Source: a virus. Taken from it: DNA of 28,840 nucleotides. The notes beneath the pieces are model-generated. The model worked only from the letters and a program-made list of their open reading frames with translations, was not told where the DNA came from and made no database searches. The stretch lies in IMG/VR virus record IMGVR_UViG_3300009551_000105; one strand, 5' to 3'. The translations under genes were made by a program, and so were the position numbers. Within the stretch, counting starts at the first letter, position 1. The number at the start of each line of letters is the position of its first letter. This document shows, piece after piece, positions 1 through 7,997 of this stretch.

Positions 1-32
1 CCTGCATTATAACGATGCAGGGATATTTTTTT
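1..32 (+). terminator. Rho-independent terminator (hairpin cctgcat/atgcagg, 7-nt loop, then T-run gatattttttt)
   Basis: Seen directly: 7-bp inverted repeat at 1-7/15-21 followed by T7 run. Probably terminates a gene upstream of the window. Confidence 0.6.
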
Positions 33-84
33 AACTTATTTTTTCAAATATTTTTTATTATGAATAGTTAGTAGAAGAGATATA

Positions 85-513
85 ATGGAAAAAGTAGATT
101 TTAAATTTCACACCCAATCTAAACGCAATGATAAGCGTGGGAAAAATAATCTATTTTCAAAAAGGATCTATCAATTTTCAATTGATGGAAATTTAATTAA
201 TATATTTTATGGAACTGTTGAAGCTCAAGAAAAAACAGGAGTTCGTCGAGAATCTATCAGTCGTTGTTGTAACAATAAACTGAAAAGTTCAGGCGGATAT
301 TTGTGGTCATATAAAAATCTATGTCCTCCATTTCCTAGTAGAGAAGTACGTACAAGAAAAAATAAAATTATATTAATTGGTCCTAATCAAAATATTTACA
401 AAATAGGGAATTTAAAAAAGTTCTGCGAAGAACAAAAATTAAACTATAAGAGCTTTCATAAAGCTATTAATGGAAAAAACAAAGCCTACGGCATTTGGCA
501 AAGAAAGAAATAG
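85..513 (+). CDS. Standalone homing-endonuclease-like DNA-binding protein (Seg/I-TevI-type NUMOD-like HTH repeats, no catalytic domain); likely degenerate HEG remnant
   Basis: Two copies of the HEG C-terminal DNA-binding module: 'IYQFSIDGNLINIFYGTVEAQEKTGVRRESISRCCNNKLKSSGGYLWSY' and 'IYKIGNLKKFCEEQKLNYKSFHKAINGKNKAYGIW'. The same motif type occurs in the C-terminus of the GIY-YIG ORF at 10055-11035. No GIY-YIG or HNH motifs are present. ATG at 85 is preceded by GAAGAGA. Stop lies 3 nt before the sheath start. Confidence 0.6.
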   Translation: MEKVDFKFHTQSKRNDKRGKNNLFSKRIYQFSIDGNLINIFYGTVEAQEKTGVRRESISRCCNNKLKSSGGYLWSYKNLCPPFPSREVRTRKNKIILIGPNQNIYKIGNLKKFCEEQKLNYKSFHKAINGKNKAYGIWQRKK

Positions 514-516
514 AAA

Positions 517-3516
517 ATGGTCGATTTGAGATTTAAATCAGCAGGCGTTTCGGCAAGAGTAATAAACCTTACTGGACCAACAGCAATTCAACCAGTTGGA
601 ATTCCAGCAGGTGTTATTGGTACATCGGTAAAAGGTCCAGCATTCGTTCCGCAAACGGTTGCTACAACACAAGATTTTACTGCAATTTTCGGCGCCCCGG
701 CAGATGGTGCAGTGAATGGTCCATTGGCTATTAGTGAATGGCTTAAAAATAGACAATCTGCAACATTCTTTAAAGTTCTTGGTGCGGGTCAAGCAAAACA
801 AAGATTAACATCTGGAAACAATCAAGGAAAAGTAGCAAGCGCTGGCTTTGTTGTTGGTGATCAACAACCACAAGCTGGTGGTGCTCTTGGTAACAACACG
901 TATGCAAATGTAAGTCCAACTCTTGGAAGACTTTATTTTCTTAATACATTTATGTCTGAAGCAAATAGCTCTGGATTTTTAACAGATGCCGGACTTGCAA
1001 CAGCAGGCGTCCCAATTGTTAGAGGCGTTATTATGGCACCATCAGGCGTTGTAGTAACTCTTTCTTCCAGCGCAGTAACCTCTACGCCGCCAGCAGCAAA
1101 TGCAGTGGCTGGTGTTGGTACTGTTGGTTCAACTTTAGGAACCGTAAACATTGCTTCTGGTAGACAAGAATTCGTCTTGTTGCTCAATGGCCACAAAGGA
1201 ACAGATTCACAACATCCAAATGTAATAACTGCATCATTCGATCCAGATGCTCCAAATTATCTTGGAAATGCACTTAATACTGATCCGTTGAAACTTGAAC
1301 AAGCTGGACATTTGCTTTATGCGGACTATTCAGTTCACACTGCCTTGGCAGTTGTAACTGGTTGGGGTCTTTCAATAACAAGTTCATTAAGCACAACCAT
1401 TGCTGCTGGATTAGAGCCAACAGTATTCCTTACATCTGGTGCACTTGGCAGAAATACTGGTTCGACAACGGCTCCAAGTTATGAAAACTTTGAAGATCGC
1501 TACAGAACACCAAAATCAACTTGGATAGTATCGCAGAAATTTGGTGGATCACCAAAGAATTTGTTTAGAATCCATACACTTGATGATGGCGCATACGCTA
1601 ACAGCAAATTGAAATGGTCAATAGAAAACATTACACCATCTGTAAGTGATGTAAATCCATACGGAACGTTTGATATTCTCGTTCGTTCTTTTGATGATAA
1701 CGATAAAAAACGTGCAGTTATTGAAGCCTGGAGAGGTTTGAGCCTTAATCCAAGCTCTGACAAGTATATTGCTAGAGTTATAGGTGATACGCACACATAT
1801 TTCAATTTTGATGCTGCTGATGATTCGCAAAAAATCGTAAGCACTGGTGATTATCCAAATAATTCCATTGCAATAAGAGTTGAGATTGCAGATGCAGTAA
1901 GTTCTGGAGATATGGATCCAACTGCTCTTCCAATGGGTTTCCGTGGAGTCCCGCATTTGGTTACTTCCGGCTCCGCTCCTTTGGCAGCGTTGGGTGCATC
2001 GGTTGTATCTAGTTCATTCTCTACGACTGGCTCTGCGGATCCGGCATTCAAAGTTGTTCAAATGCCAATTCCATTTAGAACAAATCTTAATATCGGTGCA
2101 GTAACAAGTCAACGTGCAGATAAGAATTTGAATTGGGGTATTCAATTTGAACGTAAGATTAGTTCAACCGAATTGAATTCAACAACCCAACCTGAAAGAA
2201 GCATCCAGTTCTTTACAAAATACTTCCCTAACTTCCAAACAAGTTGGGCGAATGTAATAGTAAGTGCAAACGAAGGAACGCTTGATAGCACTGCAAATGG
2301 CATCTTGGATGCAGATAGATTCAACAATAATTTGTTCTCATTAGAGAATGTTAAAATTACACAAAACACAACAACTCTATTAGCTGATCTAACAACATTG
2401 GTTAGCTGGAGTTACGTTCGTGCGGGCAATATCGCAAATGCCGGAACTACAAGAGCATTGACCGTATCCGATCTTTCGGATGCGTCTGTACGTCAAGTAG
2501 CCAAGTTTAGCGGCATTGTACAAGGTGGTTTTGATGGTGTTCGTATATTCAACAATGACACGGCAACATTAACTAACTCGGCAATAGTCGAGGAAATGAA
2601 CAATGCTAACAGAGGAGTTTCTGATGGTCCAACTGTCAAAACTTATCAAAAGGCACTTGATATCATCACTGATGATACAGAAACTGATATTCAACTTTTG
2701 GCCATCCCGGGTATTAGACATAGCATCATAACCGACTCTGCTCTTCTAAAGACTGAAGACCGTTTTGATGCAATGTATTTGATGGATATCCAAGAATACG
2801 ACACAACGAATACTTTGGTTTCGTCTTCTGGACAAAACATCAGCGTTCGTTTCACAGCTAACCAACACAGTGATCGTGGAATTAATAGTTCTTTCGGTGC
2901 TGCATACTTCCCAGACGTAATAATCAATGATTCATTGAACAATACTGCTCGACAAGTACCACCGTCCGTTGCTGTCCTTGGCGCTTACGGATTGAATGAT
3001 GCCGTTGGATTCCCATGGTTTGCACCAGCAGGTTTTGCTCGTGGTGCTCTAAAGAGCACAGAACGCACGGTTCTTCCATTGAATCGTGATAATATGGATG
3101 CATTGCAAGATGTAAACATCAATCCACTTGTAAGCTTTGCAGGTTCCAGCGGTCCTGTTGTCTGGGGTCAGAAAACATTACTTGCAAGCGATTCAGCTCT
3201 AGAGCGTGTAAACGTTCGTAGATTGCTTATCTCATTGCGTCGTCAAGTTAGAGACGTGGCTAGAAGATTTATCTTTGAACCAGGCCGTGCAGAAACTCTT
3301 GCAAGATTCTCACAACTTGTAAACCCAATTCTTAAAAAGGTACAAGATCAGAAAGGTCTTGAAAAGTTCCTTGTAAGAATTGACACAACAACTACAACTC
3401 CTACGGATATCGAAAACAAAACAATTCGTGGTCAAATATTCTTGGTACCTACCAAGACCCTTGAATTCTTGTCTCTTGATTTCGTTGTCACAAACGGAAA
3501 TGTTAATATAACATAA
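517..3516 (+). CDS. Contractile tail sheath protein (T4 gp18-like)
   Basis: N-terminus 'VINLTGPTAIQPVGIPAGVIGTSVKGPAFVP..DFTAIFG' matches the sheath N-terminal signature. C-terminus 'INPLVSF..GPVVWGQKTL...RVNVRRLLISL...' matches T4 gp18 'INPV..GYVLYGDKT..RINVRRLFNML'. 999 aa; ATG with upstream GAAATAGAAAATG. Confidence 0.93.
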   Translation: MVDLRFKSAGVSARVINLTGPTAIQPVGIPAGVIGTSVKGPAFVPQTVATTQDFTAIFGAPADGAVNGPLAISEWLKNRQSATFFKVLGAGQAKQRLTSGNNQGKVASAGFVVGDQQPQAGGALGNNTYANVSPTLGRLYFLNTFMSEANSSGFLTDAGLATAGVPIVRGVIMAPSGVVVTLSSSAVTSTPPAANAVAGVGTVGSTLGTVNIASGRQEFVLLLNGHKGTDSQHPNVITASFDPDAPNYLGNALNTDPLKLEQAGHLLYADYSVHTALAVVTGWGLSITSSLSTTIAAGLEPTVFLTSGALGRNTGSTTAPSYENFEDRYRTPKSTWIVSQKFGGSPKNLFRIHTLDDGAYANSKLKWSIENITPSVSDVNPYGTFDILVRSFDDNDKKRAVIEAWRGLSLNPSSDKYIARVIGDTHTYFNFDAADDSQKIVSTGDYPNNSIAIRVEIADAVSSGDMDPTALPMGFRGVPHLVTSGSAPLAALGASVVSSSFSTTGSADPAFKVVQMPIPFRTNLNIGAVTSQRADKNLNWGIQFERKISSTELNSTTQPERSIQFFTKYFPNFQTSWANVIVSANEGTLDSTANGILDADRFNNNLFSLENVKITQNTTTLLADLTTLVSWSYVRAGNIANAGTTRALTVSDLSDASVRQVAKFSGIVQGGFDGVRIFNNDTATLTNSAIVEEMNNANRGVSDGPTVKTYQKALDIITDDTETDIQLLAIPGIRHSIITDSALLKTEDRFDAMYLMDIQEYDTTNTLVSSSGQNISVRFTANQHSDRGINSSFGAAYFPDVIINDSLNNTARQVPPSVAVLGAYGLNDAVGFPWFAPAGFARGALKSTERTVLPLNRDNMDALQDVNINPLVSFAGSSGPVVWGQKTLLASDSALERVNVRRLLISLRRQVRDVARRFIFEPGRAETLARFSQLVNPILKKVQDQKGLEKFLVRIDTTTTTPTDIENKTIRGQIFLVPTKTLEFLSLDFVVTNGNVNIT

Positions 3517-3540
3517 TTTATTAGCAGCTAAATAAAGATA

Positions 3541-3577
3541 AAACCGTCAACATTACAGTTCGACGGTTTTATTTTTG
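3541..3577 (+). terminator. Rho-independent terminator after sheath gene
   Basis: Hairpin aaaccgtc(aac)...(gtt)cgacggttt followed by tatttttg. Confidence 0.65.
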
Positions 3578-3626
3578 TTAAAAGTTAGCATATTTAGATT
3601 TTAGTAAAGGCTCAAGTTCATCCACA

Positions 3627-4427
3627 ATGACAAAATTGGACATTAAAGAATTACAAAAAATAATCCGTGAATCAATTTCTGAAGAAATCAAAAAAGAAGG
3701 TTGGGGCACTGTTCGCCGTAGTCGTGGCTGGGATCTTGACGACGATCATTATGAATCTGCTGAAGATTTTGCACCTGATGATGGTGACGTTAAAAAGGAT
3801 CGTGAAACTGGCGAACGTATGGTTTGGTCAGGCGATGAAGGTAAGTGGATTTACGAAGAAGATTGGCAACAAATGAATCTTGCCAAAAGAGCTAAAGAAG
3901 AAGCCGAAGAAGATTTAGATGAAACTGCTTCGATATCGTCTGTAGATGGAAAAAATACAACATTAATGCCAGAATCCCATAAGAGATTTTTGGGCGTAGT
4001 AAAAAATTCATTGAAAGTCAATGAACAAAAGAAAAAATCAGAGAAAAAGCCAATTAAAGAACATCGCAGCAAAAAGACAATGACTTTTGGTCAAATCCCG
4101 CCTGCTGAAGAATTGTTCAAATTAATGAATGGTGAAGAATTTCATTTAAACCTTCAAGGGGAAGGTTCGTTGGCTTTTGAGTATGCAGTTAGATTAAGTC
4201 AAGATCCTTTGGCTGGTTCTCTAGCTCCGGGAAAGGGTATGGAGTCCACATTGCAGGCTCTTGTAAACGCTCCAAGCCCTTCGGAAATACCAGATGAGGA
4301 ATACGAGACCGTACAAAAGATTTTAGACCACTGGTACTCACGTTACGGCGAAGACCATCCAATAGAAGAAGCTGCTTGGTCAATTGCGTCAGATATAATG
4401 GGAGTCTTGGGAATAGAGTGGATTTAA
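3627..4427 (+). CDS. Hypothetical protein with N-terminal amphipathic leader (MTKLDIKELQKIIRESISEEIKKEG); candidate prohead internal/packaged protein
   Basis: Intact 266-aa ORF with ATG start, in the head-gene neighbourhood. The leader resembles those of ORFs 4477, 18628 and 20039. No recognisable catalytic motifs. Confidence 0.5.
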   Translation: MTKLDIKELQKIIRESISEEIKKEGWGTVRRSRGWDLDDDHYESAEDFAPDDGDVKKDRETGERMVWSGDEGKWIYEEDWQQMNLAKRAKEEAEEDLDETASISSVDGKNTTLMPESHKRFLGVVKNSLKVNEQKKKSEKKPIKEHRSKKTMTFGQIPPAEELFKLMNGEEFHLNLQGEGSLAFEYAVRLSQDPLAGSLAPGKGMESTLQALVNAPSPSEIPDEEYETVQKILDHWYSRYGEDHPIEEAAWSIASDIMGVLGIEWI

Positions 4428-4476
4428 TCTGTCTCTACAATAGACAAAATAAAACAAAGCTAAAAGAATAAATAAA

Positions 4477-5043
4477 ATGAAACTAAACAGATTGCAACTA
4501 AAAAGTATTCTTAAAGAATGTGTCAAAGAATTAATAAACGAAGGCGCATTTAATGCTGTCATTAAAGAAAGCTTCAAAGGCCCTGTTGGAAATCAACAAA
4601 ACAATTCCGTGACAAATGAAGGAATATGGAATTCTAACGGAGTAAGACGACCGGCGGCAAATGATTTGCAATCGTTTAATAATAATGCTCCAAGTCAATA
4701 TCCACAACAACAACAACAGCAACAAAGTCAAACACCACAATACGATCATAATGTTGGACAAATGCATCCAAACGCTCGTTTGCAAGAGCTTGCACGAACA
4801 GTAGCACAGAATTCATCTGGCGGTAATCCAAAACACGCAAAAATGATGGAATCAATTTTTGCTGATACTGCTATGACAACATTGCAAAAACAACTTGGTG
4901 CAGGCGATGGCGGCGGCCAAGGAGTTTATGTTGGAGAAGAATATACACCAGAAGCAGAACACGCAGATGTGATGGAATTACAGGCATTAGGAGCAGCTTC
5001 TGGACATTGGGCCAATTTGGCATTCGGAAAATATAACAAATAA
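4477..5043 (+). CDS. Hypothetical protein with similar N-terminal leader (MKLNRLQLKSILKECVKELINEG) and poly-Gln tract
   Basis: 188-aa ORF. (CAA)n-encoded QQQQQQQ at about aa 77-84. Leader similarity to neighbouring ORFs. Confidence 0.5.
   Translation: MKLNRLQLKSILKECVKELINEGAFNAVIKESFKGPVGNQQNNSVTNEGIWNSNGVRRPAANDLQSFNNNAPSQYPQQQQQQQSQTPQYDHNVGQMHPNARLQELARTVAQNSSGGNPKHAKMMESIFADTAMTTLQKQLGAGDGGGQGVYVGEEYTPEAEHADVMELQALGAASGHWANLAFGKYNK
4705..4730 (+). repeat. (CAA)n/(CAG) trinucleotide microsatellite encoding poly-Q
   Basis: Seen directly: ccacaacaacaacaacagcaacaaag. Confidence 0.7.
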
Positions 5044-5128
5044 TAATATAAAATAGGGTTATAAGATAATACAAAAATTTGTGAATCTATATTTACATTA
5101 TATTTATATAACAAAGGTCTAATCCAAA

Positions 5129-5605
5129 ATGCCTAATCATCATCAGACAATAGTACAAGTTCCCCCAACTACGAGTGCCAATGGTTCAACAGATACAACT
5201 GCTTTAACTCTTGCATATCCTGGTTCTCCGATTTTTCACGGCGACCTTACAGATGAAACTGTCAAAAATTTATTTGAAGCAGTTACTCACGGTGATCAAT
5301 CAGATGGTGGACATACGTTTGGTAGTGTAAATATGGATTTCGCTGCCGCTCCAAATTTGGCAGAAGTTACAACTGGTGGTGGTGGATTGCCTGGCTCTCC
5401 ATATGCCCCAAACATTGCATCTCCGCCAGTTGGACAAAACCCAACTGATATTCCTGCATCTGGCGTCGAAGCAACAAATCGTGCAAGAGGTTCAGGTGGA
5501 GCGTTCGTAGGAAACGGTCTCGAATCACCAAGTGAAGGTTCCGCAAACGTTGGTCGACAACGTATTGGTTCATTAATGAATGGAACTTCGACTCCGAGAT
5601 CATAA
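5129..5605 (+). CDS. Hypothetical Gly/Pro/Ser/Thr-rich protein
   Basis: 158-aa ORF with ATG. Low-complexity composition. No similarity to T4 tail tube gp19 despite position and size. Confidence 0.4.
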   Translation: MPNHHQTIVQVPPTTSANGSTDTTALTLAYPGSPIFHGDLTDETVKNLFEAVTHGDQSDGGHTFGSVNMDFAAAPNLAEVTTGGGGLPGSPYAPNIASPPVGQNPTDIPASGVEATNRARGSGGAFVGNGLESPSEGSANVGRQRIGSLMNGTSTPRS

Positions 5606-5620
5606 TTAAGGAAATAGAAA

Positions 5621-7933
5621 ATGAGTGATCTTTATACAGAAGCACTGAAAAATGCTGAAAAATTACGTGAGATTGCGGAACAAGACGCAAAAAAGCGTAT
5701 AATTGAGGCACTTACTCCTTACATCAAAAAGGTTATTGCTAAAGAAGCTGCTGGTGAGGCAACTGATTTTTATTTTGAACAAGCAGAAGATCTTTCTCAA
5801 CTGCCTGATGAAGATGAAAATAATCCAGTAGCACCAGAAACAGCTACTCAAGGCGCTGCGCCTACTAGCGATCCAACGGCTATTGATCCTGCCACAACTG
5901 ATCCAACTCAAGATTTGAGCGCAGGACCACTTGGCGATCAATCAACAGAAGCTCCAATTGATGCAACTCCAGCACCTGTGACAGCAACGACTGGTCCAGA
6001 TGGAAAAATGAAAATTGGTTTTGATAATCTTACCGTAGATGCTACTTCTGATGAAGTAACAATTACTCCACACGCTGCACCTGCTGCTGAACCTGCTCCA
6101 ACTGCACCAGTTCAAGCCAAGGGCACAACACCAACAACAGGAACCGCTCCTGCACCAACTGCTGCTCCGGCACCAGTACCAGGCGCAGAACAAGCAGTTC
6201 CGCCAGAAGAAGAAGATGAAGATCTTCTAAAGCAACCAGTTGCTAATGAAGCAATTTCTTATTCTGACTATCAAAGAGTTTACAGCAATATTGCTGAAAA
6301 AATAGATCGTGCATTATTTACAGGAAATCTTTCAAATGTGGGTTCTGAAACCCTCAAACAAAGACTTTTTGGCCTTCTTGAAGCTGTAGATACGATGCGT
6401 GACCGTGGCGCCATTTCAAATAAATTAGCAAGAACACAAGAAAATAAACTAGAATTTTTGTTCTTAAAGCTGAAAGAGGCCAATGTGCATAATAGTTACT
6501 TCAAGAACAATAGTGAAAAAGGACCTGAAGACATGAAGACTCTTAAAGAATTTGCAGCACAGCTTTTCGAGGAAGATGAAAATCTTGCCAAAGATTCTGT
6601 TAGCACCGGCGAGACCGGCGTTAAAGTTGACAACGAAAAGACAGAACACGCACAGAAGGTTTCTGGCGTAAGTCCAAAACTTGGTAGCAAAAAAGATATC
6701 AAGGTTGCTGCTGAAGGTAAAGCATCAGAAGCAGATGCCATTTCTGGCTCTGTTGAAGATGATACCCAATGGGCAGATGGTGAACCTGTTGTTAAAGAAA
6801 ATAGCGCAAATGCTAACAAGGATGCAAATCCAGAAGTTAAAAAGGGCGCTGGCGGATTCGGCGATACGGATGAAGAACCAGTTGCAGAACCAATGACCGA
6901 AGAATTTGAAATTGACGAAGCAGAGCTTTCTGAAGCAGTTCGTTCGGTTCGTAAAGAAAGTCTCAAGCGTAAGCTTGCTGCTCTTCGTGAAGAAACGAAG
7001 AAAGACAAAAAGAGCCCGAAAGTTAAAGCTTCCGAGGATTACCCAAACCCAGGTCCAGAAGGCGGAGAAGATCCATCTCACGATCATCTAAAAGAAGGTC
7101 TTGAAGATATGATGGCTGGCGGAGACGCTGATGCAGATGCTGGCTTGGATGGCGCATCTGATGGCGCAGACGAAATGGGCGACATGGATTCAATTGCTGA
7201 CCTAGTTCTCTCAATCGATCTTCCACCAGAAGTCGAAGCAGAGCTTGCTAAGCTTGGTGTAGTTTCTGACGATCTTGATGTTGATGTAAAACTCAATGTC
7301 GGTGGCGAAGAACATGCAGATGCAGACGCAATGGGCGGCGACGATGAAATCGAAATTACCGATGATGGTGATGCAGATGACATTGGTGGTTCTGAAGAAA
7401 AAGACGAAATGCTTGCTGACGATGTTGACGAGTCTGCTGCAATGCCAATGGAAACAAAAATGGAAAATGCATCAGCTAAACACCTTGCACGCAAAGTTCA
7501 AATGCTTGAAAGCAAGCTAACACAAGCAAGCAAATTGCTTGAAGCAAAAGATGGTGAAATGAGTGAGTTGAAAGGCCAATTGTCTGAAACAAACTTGTTC
7601 ACTGCTAAAACAGTATACTACAGTAAGTTCCTTCAAAGAGCACTTACTGAAAAAGCTCTCTCCAAGAAAGTTCTACAACAAATTGTCGAGCACCTTGACA
7701 GAGCAAAGACGATTGCTGAATCGAAAGCAATCTTCACAAGCATCAAGCGCAAGCTTGATGAGCACGCATCTGCTTCCCTTAAATTGGGCGGTTCTTCCTC
7801 AAAGGTGGCCAAACCAGGAAGCGCAAGCCTTACTGAAAGCGTCTCAAGAGACGTCATTTCGGAAGGCATCGATCCTAACTCACAAACACCAATGCGCTGG
7901 CAAATACTTGCTGGTATCAAAAAAGGTGAATGA
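5621..7933 (+). CDS. Large highly acidic coiled-coil protein; putative prohead scaffold/core protein (gp22-like role)
   Basis: 770 aa, extremely D/E/A-rich, with helical N- and C-terminal segments (C-terminal 'LARKVQMLESKLTQASKLLEAKDGEMSELKGQL...'). It lies immediately upstream of the major capsid gene. Initiation region GAAATAGAAAATG is identical to the sheath gene's. The assignment is positional and compositional only. Confidence 0.45.
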   Translation: MSDLYTEALKNAEKLREIAEQDAKKRIIEALTPYIKKVIAKEAAGEATDFYFEQAEDLSQLPDEDENNPVAPETATQGAAPTSDPTAIDPATTDPTQDLSAGPLGDQSTEAPIDATPAPVTATTGPDGKMKIGFDNLTVDATSDEVTITPHAAPAAEPAPTAPVQAKGTTPTTGTAPAPTAAPAPVPGAEQAVPPEEEDEDLLKQPVANEAISYSDYQRVYSNIAEKIDRALFTGNLSNVGSETLKQRLFGLLEAVDTMRDRGAISNKLARTQENKLEFLFLKLKEANVHNSYFKNNSEKGPEDMKTLKEFAAQLFEEDENLAKDSVSTGETGVKVDNEKTEHAQKVSGVSPKLGSKKDIKVAAEGKASEADAISGSVEDDTQWADGEPVVKENSANANKDANPEVKKGAGGFGDTDEEPVAEPMTEEFEIDEAELSEAVRSVRKESLKRKLAALREETKKDKKSPKVKASEDYPNPGPEGGEDPSHDHLKEGLEDMMAGGDADADAGLDGASDGADEMGDMDSIADLVLSIDLPPEVEAELAKLGVVSDDLDVDVKLNVGGEEHADADAMGGDDEIEITDDGDADDIGGSEEKDEMLADDVDESAAMPMETKMENASAKHLARKVQMLESKLTQASKLLEAKDGEMSELKGQLSETNLFTAKTVYYSKFLQRALTEKALSKKVLQQIVEHLDRAKTIAESKAIFTSIKRKLDEHASASLKLGGSSSKVAKPGSASLTESVSRDVISEGIDPNSQTPMRWQILAGIKKGE

Positions 7934-7937
7934 AATT

Positions 7938-7996
7938 AGGAAAATAGCTTTAGATTGTTATATTTAGGAAAATAAGGAAGATTTTGAGGAAAATAA
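7938..7996 (+). promoter_or_regulatory. Three direct copies of AGGAAAATA (7938-7946, 7966-7974, 7988-7996) upstream of the major capsid gene; the third is the RBS
   Basis: Seen directly. Spacing 28 and 22 nt. Function unknown; candidate late-gene regulatory or ribosome-loading element. Confidence 0.3.
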
Positions 7997-7997
7997 A

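Noticed and set aside
538-3000. Several minus-strand ORFs inside the tail sheath gene (538-801, 933-1196, 1500-1956, 2142-2369, 2691-2942)
   Set aside because: They lie antisense within a high-confidence, homology-supported gene. They are Cys/Trp-rich or low-complexity translations typical of spurious ORFs.
4466-4474. GAATAAATA as a T4-type late promoter for ORF 4477
   Set aside because: Only 7/8 match to TATAAATA, and it lies 3 nt from the ATG, leaving no room for a TSS and RBS.
5129-5605. ORF 5129-5605 as the tail tube (gp19) by size and position after the sheath
   Set aside because: Gly/Pro/Ser-rich low-complexity sequence with no resemblance to tube proteins. Left as hypothetical.
5942-7494. 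Long minus-strand ORFs (6496-7008, 7084-7494 and others) inside the acidic protein gene
   Set aside because: They are Ser/Ala-rich mirror translations of the GA-rich repeat region of the plus-strand gene. The plus-strand frame has an ATG, an RBS and a sensible coiled-coil protein.
7938-7996. AGGAAAATA x3 as a CRISPR-like or iteron array
   Set aside because: Only 9-bp units with irregular spacing, and the third copy is the RBS. Not a CRISPR.
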